IMG/VR virus record: IMGVR_UViG_3300043409_001491
Coordinates: 32,001 to 96,000 of that record
DNA: 64,000 nucleotides
Reading direction: 5' to 3' (one strand)
Origin: a virus
The first letter of the stretch is position 1, and each line of letters starts with the position of its first letter. The position numbers and the translations under genes were made by a program. A model generated the notes under the pieces. The model worked only from the letters and a program-made list of their open reading frames with translations, was not told where the DNA came from and searched no databases. Below are positions 1 to 6,048 of the stretch, piece by piece.

Positions 1-211
1 TTACGACCTTTCGTCCTTCACGATAGAAAGTGGTGGTGTGCATTTTTCCATTAGGCTCTGATAGATTAACTGTTGCGTATTCATCAGCCATTCCCCAATC
101 AGTAAACGATAGATAAGACTTTACTGCATCAAGTGCGTTGTCATAGCGACCAATCCAATGAGGCGACCTATCTCCGTCATAGGTGTTTGTTACTGAATAT
201 AGATATTCCAT
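1..211 (-). CDS. Early hypothetical protein, partial (runs off window)
   Basis: Hand-translated open frame MEYLYSVTNTYDGDRSPHWIGRYDNALDAV..., AAGGAG RBS, abuts next ORF. Confidence 0.7.
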   Translation of the reverse strand, partial: MEYLYSVTNTYDGDRSPHWIGRYDNALDAVKSYLSFTDWGMADEYATVNLSEPNGKMHTTTFYREGRKVV

Positions 212-393
212 TATGCATTCTCCTTAGTGTATTCATTCATTTCATTCTCAGCATACCATAGGGTGTATTCAATCGCAATCGCTGTACCCTTTTCACAATC
301 GTTGCAAAAATCTGTAATAAACTCATTCTTCATTATGAGTCCTTCATCATAGCAAGTGTAGCAAGTGCCAATCTCATCAAATAAGTTTCCCAT
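211..393 (-). CDS. Small Zn-ribbon-like early protein
   Basis: CYTC..G...CNDC motif; AAGGAG RBS; coupled to neighbours. Confidence 0.7.
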   Translation of the reverse strand: MGNLFDEIGTCYTCYDEGLIMKNEFITDFCNDCEKGTAIAIEYTLWYAENEMNEYTKENA

Positions 394-503
394 TATTTAT
401 ACTCCTTAACGCAATTAGTGCAAATAGAATAGTTAGTGCAATAGCATGATTTCGCATTAGGGCGAAGCATATCTGTTTCATAGTAGTCATCATAGAAATC
501 CAT
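393..503 (-). CDS. 36-aa Cys-rich early peptide
   Basis: Hand-translated MDFYDDYYETDMLRPNAKSCYCTNYSICTNCVKEYK; fills the gap between ORFs exactly. Confidence 0.6.
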   Translation of the reverse strand: MDFYDDYYETDMLRPNAKSCYCTNYSICTNCVKEYK

Positions 504-504
504 A

Positions 505-735
505 TTAGTCCCCTACCTTTACTGCAATCGTAGCATAAAAATCTTCCTTGGGCAAATCAGGGAACCCACGATAGGTAGGGCGTACTGTTACAAGATAGGC
601 TTCAGCATTATGAAAATAAATATTTTCACGCTTTTCTGCATACTGTATAATTCCTTCCAAGCCTCTACGCTTTAGAGAGTGTGAGCGATAATACTTACCT
701 TCAAGTAAATCTGTTATTGTGTATTCTGTAGCCAT
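505..735 (-). CDS. Early hypothetical protein
   Basis: ORF track; AAAGAGG RBS; first gene after the promoter at 778-799. Confidence 0.75.
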   Translation of the reverse strand: MATEYTITDLLEGKYYRSHSLKRRGLEGIIQYAEKRENIYFHNAEAYLVTVRPTYRGFPDLPKEDFYATIAVKVGD

Positions 736-777
736 AGGGGCGACCTCTTTCTTTAGTTAATTTATTATTACTCTGTA

Positions 778-799
778 ATCCTACCATGGCAGGCTGACA
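778..799 (-). promoter_or_regulatory. Class A early promoter TGTCAG-N7-TGn-TAGGAT
   Basis: Same architecture at 1876-1897, 2845-2866 and 3528-3549. Confidence 0.7.
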
Positions 800-848
800 A
801 AAATCTAATTACTAGCCAGTAGTCTTAAATAATGAGACGCTCAAGGAT

Positions 849-864
849 TGTGAGAAAAATCACA
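849..864. promoter_or_regulatory. CRP/GlxR-type site TGTGA-gaaaaa-TCACA
   Basis: Perfect CRP-family consensus; recurs in each early spacer. Confidence 0.7.
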
Positions 865-876
865 TCGTACGTAAAG

Positions 877-897
877 TTATCCACAGCCTGTGGAAAA
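877..897. promoter_or_regulatory. Inverted DnaA-box pair TTATCCACA-gcc-TGTGGAAAA
   Basis: Perfect box plus 1-mismatch inverted box with 3-bp spacer; repeated at 2065-2085. Confidence 0.65.
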
Positions 898-906
898 CCC
901 CCCGAG

Positions 907-950
907 AAAATATTGAGCAGTTTTATATCTTGCTCAGGATTTTATTTTAT
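907..950 (-). terminator. Hairpin terminator at cassette end
   Basis: TGAGCA/TGCTCA stem (914-936) flanked by A and T tracts, directly after the stop of the last cassette gene. Confidence 0.6.
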
Positions 951-1096
951 TTGTTGCGTTCATCTCGCAATTTAAGTTGCAGCCTGCGAATTTCTTTCTG
1001 TTGTTCAATGTTGTGTTTCCAAAATACAAGCATCATTGAAAGAGATCCAGCAAGTGCAATTACAATTGCAATAAGTGTTCCAGTGTCAAGAATCAT
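947..1096 (-). CDS. 49-aa membrane-anchored early protein
   Basis: Hand-translated MILDTGTLIAIVIALAGSLSMMLVFWKHNIEQQKEIRRLQLKLRDERNK; TM helix plus coiled coil; ATGA overlap. Confidence 0.7.
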   Translation of the reverse strand: MILDTGTLIAIVIALAGSLSMMLVFWKHNIEQQKEIRRLQLKLRDERNK

Positions 1097-1275
1097 ACTG
1101 TTTCCATCTCCTTAACGCAAGCATCCCAAAATCTTGTTTCATCAAATCTTGGATTGTCTGCACTAAACCACTCGCTGAATTCAAAAACTAAATCTTGAAA
1201 TACGTGTGAGTCAATAGTATCTGCAAACTGGTTTAGAATTTTTGCAGTTTCTACATAGTCTTTGCGTGTCATCAT
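1093..1275 (-). CDS. Early hypothetical protein (MTRKDY...DNPRFD type)
   Basis: ORF track; motif typical of small phage proteins. Confidence 0.75.
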   Translation of the reverse strand: MMTRKDYVETAKILNQFADTIDSHVFQDLVFEFSEWFSADNPRFDETRFWDACVKEMETV

Positions 1276-1481
1276 TAGTTGGCCACCTTTAGAATTGCAT
1301 AAGAGCCATTTTCATTTATTTCATCAAGGGCTGGCTGAATTCTTGGCGCAAGTAAATCTTTTAGCATTGACTCTAGCATTTGAATTTGCATTGACTCTGA
1401 AAGTCTAAGCAGTTGCATTCCTACTGGGTGAGTTTCGTCAACCTCTGTTACGAAGTGAAGTGAGTGAGGTATTTTTACCAT
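1275..1481 (-). CDS. Early hypothetical protein
   Basis: ORF track; coupled to neighbours. Confidence 0.7.
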   Translation of the reverse strand: MVKIPHSLHFVTEVDETHPVGMQLLRLSESMQIQMLESMLKDLLAPRIQPALDEINENGSYAILKVAN

Positions 1482-1501
1482 GTTTTTTATTTCCTATTCT
1501 T

Positions 1502-1657
1502 TTAGTTGGATTCAGGGGTATTGAATAAATTAAGGTCTTGCTCTAGTGAAAAATCACATTCGCAAGTTTCTACATCAAAATCATTAGCGTTACCAAAAAA
1601 TAGTAACCCTGTTGAATTGCATTCCTCGCAAGGAATTGTTAGGACTGAGTTTATCAT
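1502..1657 (-). CDS. 51-aa Zn-ribbon-like peptide
   Basis: Hand-translated MINSVLTIPCEECNSTGLLFFGNANDFDVETCECD... Confidence 0.65.
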   Translation of the reverse strand: MINSVLTIPCEECNSTGLLFFGNANDFDVETCECDFSLEQDLNLFNTPESN

Positions 1658-1842
1658 TATACTAAGGCCTTCCCTCTAAGTGTTCCACGAATACCAAGCA
1701 AGTCGCATGATACTTTTACAGATACGCCAACAGGTAGCGCATTAGGATAGTTAGAGATAAAATCTGCAACCTGTCCTCTAGTTGATAGGGGAATTGTTTT
1801 TACTGAACCTGAATAGGTTTCTAGTTTTATAGTGTAAGTCAT
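1657..1842 (-). CDS. Early hypothetical protein
   Basis: ORF track; GAAAGGAAG RBS. Confidence 0.75.
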   Translation of the reverse strand: MTYTIKLETYSGSVKTIPLSTRGQVADFISNYPNALPVGVSVKVSCDLLGIRGTLRGKALV

Positions 1843-1875
1843 TTGGTGACTTCCTTTCGTTTTAGTGATAAGACT

Positions 1876-1897
1876 ATCTTACCATTAGGGGCTGACA
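1876..1897 (-). promoter_or_regulatory. Class A early promoter TGTCAG-N7-TGn-TAAGAT
   Basis: Repeated architecture. Confidence 0.7.
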
Positions 1898-1899
1898 TT

Positions 1900-1980
1900 T
1901 TAGGGCATTTATTCGCTAGGCTCATTGTGATACTGGTCACACTTATTTGCTAGGCTCATGCCCTTATTTAATTGTTATAA
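1900..1980 (-). ncRNA. Candidate structured leader RNA with two UGAGCCUAGCRAAUAA modules
   Basis: AGGGCAU/AUGCCCU closing stem, tandem motif flanking a TGTGA-N6-TCACA palindrome (1926-1941); related element at 3961-4050. Confidence 0.45.
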
Positions 1981-1984
1981 GGCA

Positions 1985-2025
1985 AGTATAGCAAAAAAAT
2001 ATCAAGAAAGCAAATCGACACGCCG
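1985..2025 (-). promoter_or_regulatory. Class B early promoter CGGCGTGTCG-N2-TTGCTT-N17-TATACT
   Basis: Same upstream decamer at 3695 and 3912. Confidence 0.7.
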
Positions 2026-2044
2026 TAAATCAGGGGAATAGTAG

Positions 2045-2092
2045 TGTGATCTTAACCACATAAGTTATACACAGGCTGTGGAAAACCCCGAG
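2045..2092. promoter_or_regulatory. CRP-like site (2045-2060), DnaA-box pair (2065-2085) and CCCGAG
   Basis: TGTGAtcttaaCCACA; TTATACACA-ggc-TGTGGAAAA. Confidence 0.6.
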
Positions 2093-2093
2093 C

Positions 2094-2130
2094 AAAAATT
2101 GCAGAGTTTTTATTTCTGCAATCTTTTTTA
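2094..2130 (-). terminator. Hairpin terminator
   Basis: TTGCAGA/TCTGCAA stem with A/T tracts. Confidence 0.6.
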
Positions 2131-2197
2131 TTTATGCTCCGTTATGAAACCAAACTACAAGAGCAGTGCAAGTCATAGCAATAAGAATAACTATCAT

Positions 2198-2287
2198 TTA
2201 TTTATTCTCAATCTCATCTAATAGTTCCCAAAGTATTGGCTCTAATTCTTTAGCAGCCAAATCTAATTTATCTTGTAAGGTTTTCAT
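2198..2287 (-). CDS. 29-aa early peptide
   Basis: MKTLQDKLDLAAKELEPILWELLDEIENK; AAGGGAG RBS; followed by a 21-aa hydrophobic ORF at 2132-2197. Confidence 0.55.
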   Translation of the reverse strand: MKTLQDKLDLAAKELEPILWELLDEIENK

Positions 2288-2452
2288 TTATTTAACTCCC
2301 TTGTATAGAAAATCCCAAGCCTTACGGCAGATTAAAATTGAACGGCAGTTATCACAACAGATAACACCATGGGGGTTAAGGTCTAAGTCATAGACATCAA
2401 CAGAGGCAGAAGACTTACCACATACAGAAGCAAGGTTTAGAAATGTACTCAT
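2288..2452 (-). CDS. 54-aa Cys-rich early protein
   Basis: MSTFLNLASVCGKS...VICCDNC...; ATGA overlap. Confidence 0.65.
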   Translation of the reverse strand: MSTFLNLASVCGKSSASVDVYDLDLNPHGVICCDNCRSILICRKAWDFLYKGVK

Positions 2453-2622
2453 TTAGTTAAATACCAATCTGTCCACATAGGTAGACGCTCAGGGTCATGG
2501 TCGCCATAGTAGCGCTCAATATTTTGTTCACAATCTTGGCAGAAAGTAAATTGCTCATCTCCTACTGAGGAGATAGCGGAAAGCATAGGATTATGCTCTT
2601 TACATATTGTTGAGATAGTCAT
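2449..2622 (-). CDS. 57-aa Zn-binding-like early protein
   Basis: MTISTICKEHNP...FCQDCEQNIERY...; coupled to neighbours. Confidence 0.65.
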   Translation of the reverse strand: MTISTICKEHNPMLSAISSVGDEQFTFCQDCEQNIERYYGDHDPERLPMWTDWYLTK

Positions 2623-2789
2623 TACTTGACCCCCTCAAACAATTCTTTACACTTGTTAGGATTTTCCCACCAAGTGAAACCTGCGTGATACTTAGCAGGG
2701 GCGAGGACAACCTGTCCACAAGGGCAGAGGTTCATTACACCTCTAGGGTAATCGCTAACAGTAGCGAACTTTTCAAACAATGAATTCAT
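2622..2789 (-). CDS. 55-aa early protein
   Basis: MNSLFEKFATVSDYPRGVMNLCPCG...; AAAGAAAGGA RBS. Confidence 0.65.
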   Translation of the reverse strand: MNSLFEKFATVSDYPRGVMNLCPCGQVVLAPAKYHAGFTWWENPNKCKELFEGVK

Positions 2790-2844
2790 TTTGAATTCCT
2801 TTCTTTAGAGGATTTCTTTACCTCTTGTTTTTCTTTATACTGTA

Positions 2845-2930
2845 ATTGTAGCAGGGGGGACTGACAAATTGGGGGGTTACTGGCCAGTATTTTAAAACTA
2901 TTTTTGTGATACTCGTCACATTTACCCGAG
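2845..2930 (-). promoter_or_regulatory. Class A promoter (2845-2866), TACTGGCCAGTA palindrome, CRP site (2905-2920) and CCCGAG
   Basis: TGTCAG-N7-TGc-TACAAT; TGTGAtactcgTCACA. Confidence 0.7.
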
Positions 2931-2931
2931 C

Positions 2932-2968
2932 AAAAAATCGTAGGTTTTATTCTACGATCTTTTTTTTA
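2932..2968 (-). terminator. Hairpin terminator
   Basis: ATCGTAG/CTACGAT stem with A/T tracts. Confidence 0.6.
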
Positions 2969-3079
2969 TTTAGAATAACTTCCAGATTTTATTAGCAAGT
3001 CTAACTTTTTTGCTAGTGGGTCAATGTATTCATCTTCCCAAAAGTTTTCTATTTCTAGTTTTTCTACATAGTCTCTCAT
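2966..3079 (-). CDS. 37-aa acidic early peptide
   Basis: MRDYVEKLEIENFWEDEYIDPLAKKLDLLIKSGSYSK; GAGGAG RBS. Confidence 0.6.
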   Translation of the reverse strand: MRDYVEKLEIENFWEDEYIDPLAKKLDLLIKSGSYSK

Positions 3080-3247
3080 TTAGTTCTCCTCTCTTTCTAG
3101 TAGGAATAAATTGTTTAGTGTTTGATTAGCACGATTAAGAGTGTTGAGCAATTCACGATTAGCGAACGCTTGGCGTTCCTCAGCATACTTAGCCTGTTGG
3201 GCTAGTCGCAATTCCTCTAAGCGAGGGGATAGTTTAGGGTTAGTCAT
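3080..3247 (-). CDS. 55-aa helical early protein
   Basis: MTNPKLSPRLEELRLAQQAKYAEERQAFANRELL... Confidence 0.6.
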   Translation of the reverse strand: MTNPKLSPRLEELRLAQQAKYAEERQAFANRELLNTLNRANQTLNNLFLLEREEN

Positions 3248-3251
3248 TTAC

Positions 3252-3476
3252 TTATTCCCAACTTCTACTAGTAGCGTACACCTTGCGATTGCTAGGTGTG
3301 TAGTTAGGTAACTCAGTTAGAGCAACCTCTAGGATAGTACCTTGTAAGGCTACTATGTCTAAGTATTCGTTAGCGTAGACTTCGCTAGGTACTACTAGAG
3401 TAGTTGTACTAAACTCTCTTGAGAGAGGATAGTTTGGGTTAGAGTTATACTCTACCTTGTATTTTAGTGAAAACAT
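3252..3476 (-). CDS. Early hypothetical protein
   Basis: ORF track; AAAGAAAGGA RBS. Confidence 0.75.
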   Translation of the reverse strand: MFSLKYKVEYNSNPNYPLSREFSTTTLVVPSEVYANEYLDIVALQGTILEVALTELPNYTPSNRKVYATSRSWE

Positions 3477-3527
3477 TTTGTTTTCCTTTCTTTATCAAGA
3501 ACCTTTCTTGATTTTCTTTATACTAGT

Positions 3528-3735
3528 ATTATAACACCTACCACTGACATTTAGGGGTGTACAAAACGGACATATGGTACATATGCCACTGTGACATACA
3601 TCATGTGGATAACTTGAGCGTGTTTTAAGGGTGTGATGTGCGTCATGTGGATAACTACCCGAGCCAAAATGTGAGGTAGATCACATGCAGGATACGGCGT
3701 GTCGCCTTGACTTTTAGGGGTATCTATGTTATACT
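3528..3735. promoter_or_regulatory. Divergent early control region: leftward class A promoter, two CRP-like/DnaA composites, CCCGAG, CRP site, rightward class B promoter
   Basis: TGTCAG-N7-TGt-TATAAT (3528-3549, -); TGTGGATAA at 3604-3612 and 3646-3654; TGTGAggtagaTCACA 3670-3685; CGGCGTGTCG-cc-TTGACT-N17-TATACT 3695-3735. Confidence 0.75.
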
Positions 3736-3780
3736 TCTAGTATTAGATAGTTAAAGTATAACTATAAAGAAAGGTTCAAA

Positions 3781-3891
3781 ATGAACACTATAGAAAAAAA
3801 TGAGGCTCTCGCTCAGACACCTGAGCAGACCCTAGCAGACTATGCTAGATTAGACGCACTTATCGCTAAGGGTACCTACTCAGATAAGTGA
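3781..3891 (+). CDS. 36-aa early peptide
   Basis: MNTIEKNEALAQTPEQTLADYARLDALIAKGTYSDK; AAAGAAAGG RBS. Confidence 0.6.
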   Translation: MNTIEKNEALAQTPEQTLADYARLDALIAKGTYSDK

Positions 3892-3952
3892 CCTATATCA
3901 CACCACGCCAACGGCGTGTCGCCTTGACTTTTCAGGGGATATAGGATACCCT
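3887..3952 (+). promoter_or_regulatory. CRP-like site plus class B promoter
   Basis: AGTGAcctataTCACA 3887-3902; CGGCGTGTCGccTTGACT 3912-3929; TACCCT at 17 bp. Confidence 0.6.
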
Positions 3953-4072
3953 TACAGGTATAACAATTAAATAGTAACACAAATCCTAGTGAGCCCTACA
4001 TAGTAGGCAAATAACTTAGGTCAGCAAAAAGGTTAGCAAATCGCTAACAGTTAAAAACGAAAGGTGTTCACA

Positions 4073-4246
4073 ATGAATACACTAAACAGAATAAAAGCAG
4101 AGCAAGACCTTGCTCGCTCAATCGCTCATGAGAAAGCAATCGCTAAGTCTCCATGGATACGTGAAAGCGTAGAAGCCTATCGCTCAGCAGATGAGGCACA
4201 GATAGCCACAGTAGAGGCTATACGCAAGCAATGGTATGGTTTCTAA
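4073..4246 (+). CDS. Early hypothetical protein
   Basis: ORF track (start moved to the ATG after GAAAGG). Confidence 0.7.
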   Translation: MNTLNRIKAEQDLARSIAHEKAIAKSPWIRESVEAYRSADEAQIATVEAIRKQWYGF

Positions 4247-4247
4247 C

Positions 4248-4331
4248 ATGACTATACTACTCATCATCTCTCTAGTATCTTTTATCTTTATCCCTATTGG
4301 AATCTACCTAACTAACGAAGGACACATCTAA
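4248..4331 (+). CDS. 27-aa membrane peptide
   Basis: MTILLIISLVSFIFIPIGIYLTNEGHI; tightly packed between ORFs. Confidence 0.5.
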   Translation: MTILLIISLVSFIFIPIGIYLTNEGHI

Positions 4332-4333
4332 AA

Positions 4334-4501
4334 ATGACTATCACATACTCAATTTGGCAAGGCTCAAAACTTATCTCTATCGACAACGTTGCACATGAGG
4401 TTAAAGCAATAGACCACCTCATTGCATCACTCAACGCCAGTGAATTAGGCAAGGTAAAAAAGTTTACTGCTAACGTTATGCACATCAAGGCAGGTGAATA
4501 A
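4334..4501 (+). CDS. 55-aa early protein
   Basis: MTITYSIWQGSKLISIDNVAHEVKAIDHLI...; GAAGGA RBS. Confidence 0.65.
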   Translation: MTITYSIWQGSKLISIDNVAHEVKAIDHLIASLNASELGKVKKFTANVMHIKAGE

Positions 4502-4606
4502 ATGTTATCAGCGATGTATGCACACACATGCGAGACCTGTGGAGATACAGGTATTATTATATTTGATGAAAGCAATACACATATAGACCCTTGCAGGTGT
4601 GTATAA
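4502..4606 (+). CDS. 34-aa Zn-ribbon-like peptide
   Basis: MLSAMYAHTCETCGDTGIIIFDESNTHIDPCRCV; same Cys pattern as 1502-1657. Confidence 0.6.
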   Translation: MLSAMYAHTCETCGDTGIIIFDESNTHIDPCRCV

Positions 4607-4777
4607 AAAATATTTGTCAATAGTATAAGATCTTTAGCGGGTACCGTGTGCTCACTGTTTTATCTATATTTATTTTATTTATCTATGTATCATACACGTA
4701 TAGAAAATATTCAGATTTTGGTCAAACCTCAAATACAAAATTTTTCAGATTTTCACGGGATATGATAGAATAATACT

Positions 4778-4915
4778 ATGGCTATATTAAACAACCTAGA
4801 TAACGACAAACCACTATTTGAAACAGAATCATCTTCTCTGGCTATAAAGGTTTTTTCAGAAACCTGTTGCAATGGATGTTCTTGCAAATCTGAATCAGAT
4901 CACAAACCAGTATAA
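4778..4915 (+). CDS. 45-aa Cys-rich peptide
   Basis: MAILNNLDND...ETCCNGCSCKSESDHKPV; TGATAGAAT extended -10 just upstream. Confidence 0.5.
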   Translation: MAILNNLDNDKPLFETESSSLAIKVFSETCCNGCSCKSESDHKPV

Positions 4916-4954
4916 CTATTTGTTACATTCAAATAAATAACATATAATTAAACT

Positions 4955-5176
4955 ATGAATTCTGAAACGGTATTGGTTCAAGACAAATCTAGACCTATCC
5001 TGGCTATTAACAGATGTGATTACTGTGATGCTCCAGCAATGGTCAGAGCAACTCTTATAAACGGAGAACTATATTTTTGTGGTCATCATGCTAGAAAAAC
5101 AGGGAATAAACTCGTTATACAATCAATAAATGTTTTTGATCCTGAAGGCGTATTTAATTTCGGTAAACAAGGATAA
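4955..5176 (+). CDS. Small Zn-binding protein of actinobacterial type
   Basis: RCDYCDAPA...GELYFCGHH motif resembles a conserved small actinobacterial family. Confidence 0.7.
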   Translation: MNSETVLVQDKSRPILAINRCDYCDAPAMVRATLINGELYFCGHHARKTGNKLVIQSINVFDPEGVFNFGKQG

Positions 5177-5177
5177 A

Positions 5178-5384
5178 TCACCATTTCCCAACGGGACACT
5201 TAGCATTTTGTAACATAGACTTAGCAGCCATAAAGCAACCACACTTCTGACATGTTTGTGTTCTTGGTCTAAAAAATTCACAGGTTTTACAAATTTCTAG
5301 TCTTGCTGCTGCTACTTCCTCTGGTGATCTGGGGGAACCATTAAATAAGTCCCAAGGCCTAACATCTTTTTCTTTATCACTCAT
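5178..5384 (-). CDS. Small Cys-rich protein (RLxICxxC...CxKCGCFMxAK...CPxGKW)
   Basis: ORF track; paralogue of 10267-10494. Confidence 0.75.
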   Translation of the reverse strand: MSDKEKDVRPWDLFNGSPRSPEEVAAARLEICKTCEFFRPRTQTCQKCGCFMAAKSMLQNAKCPVGKW

Positions 5385-5537
5385 ATATCTATTATAGCCC
5401 ATACGGAGATATCATTCCAGTACTTGACACTAGTAGAGTATATTACTCTTATGTTGTCAGGTGGAGGTTTGTACTCTATTTTCGGCTTAATTCGTATCCC
5501 GCCGAATTTGAAATAAAAATAATGTATAATGGGATAC

Positions 5538-5804
5538 ATGACGATTCAAGACTGGGCTGCGCTAATTCTTTCGATTCTTTCAATTATCGCAGTACTCGCG
5601 GGTGGCATCAAATGGTTAGTAAAACATTATTTGAGCGAACTTAAACCAAATTCTGGATCATCGATGAAAGATCAAATTTCAAGATTAGAAACCGCTTTAG
5701 AAGATCAAAGAGTTGACTCTATAAATTCTAGAAATCGACAAGAGAAAAAACTTGATGAGATGTATAAAATTCTACTTGATCATATTGCTAAATTAACTAA
5801 ATAG
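5538..5804 (+). CDS. Membrane protein (holin-like/actinophage type)
   Basis: N-terminal TM helix then LKPNSGSSMKDQISRLE and coiled coil. Confidence 0.65.
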   Translation: MTIQDWAALILSILSIIAVLAGGIKWLVKHYLSELKPNSGSSMKDQISRLETALEDQRVDSINSRNRQEKKLDEMYKILLDHIAKLTK

Positions 5805-6048
5805 TATTTACTATATATAAACTATCTTTAAAAACCTTAACTACAGTATTCTCTCTTCTTATATATATTTAGTATACACTATTCAATACCTGGCATATTG
5901 GACTTATAGTTACAAAACGGACATAGGTAATTATAACGATTTGATAACTCTTTTTATATACCTGGTGTTATATGCTTAATTATGGCTTATATAACCTTTT
6001 GTTATAAACTTTTATATACTGGCATAAAATAATGTTATAATGTTTTTG

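Noticed and set aside
736-3780. CRISPR array or integron in the repeated early spacers
   Set aside because: Repeats are degenerate multi-motif spacers separated by 0.5-0.9 kb of coding sequence; no cas or integrase seen
3983-4020. Hammerhead ribozyme in the leader element
   Set aside because: Lacks the CUGANGA...GAAA catalytic core
930-4620. Track ORFs 930-1115(+), 2166-2393(+) and 4312-4620(-)
   Set aside because: Antisense to tiled small ORFs that have RBSs and match promoter orientation
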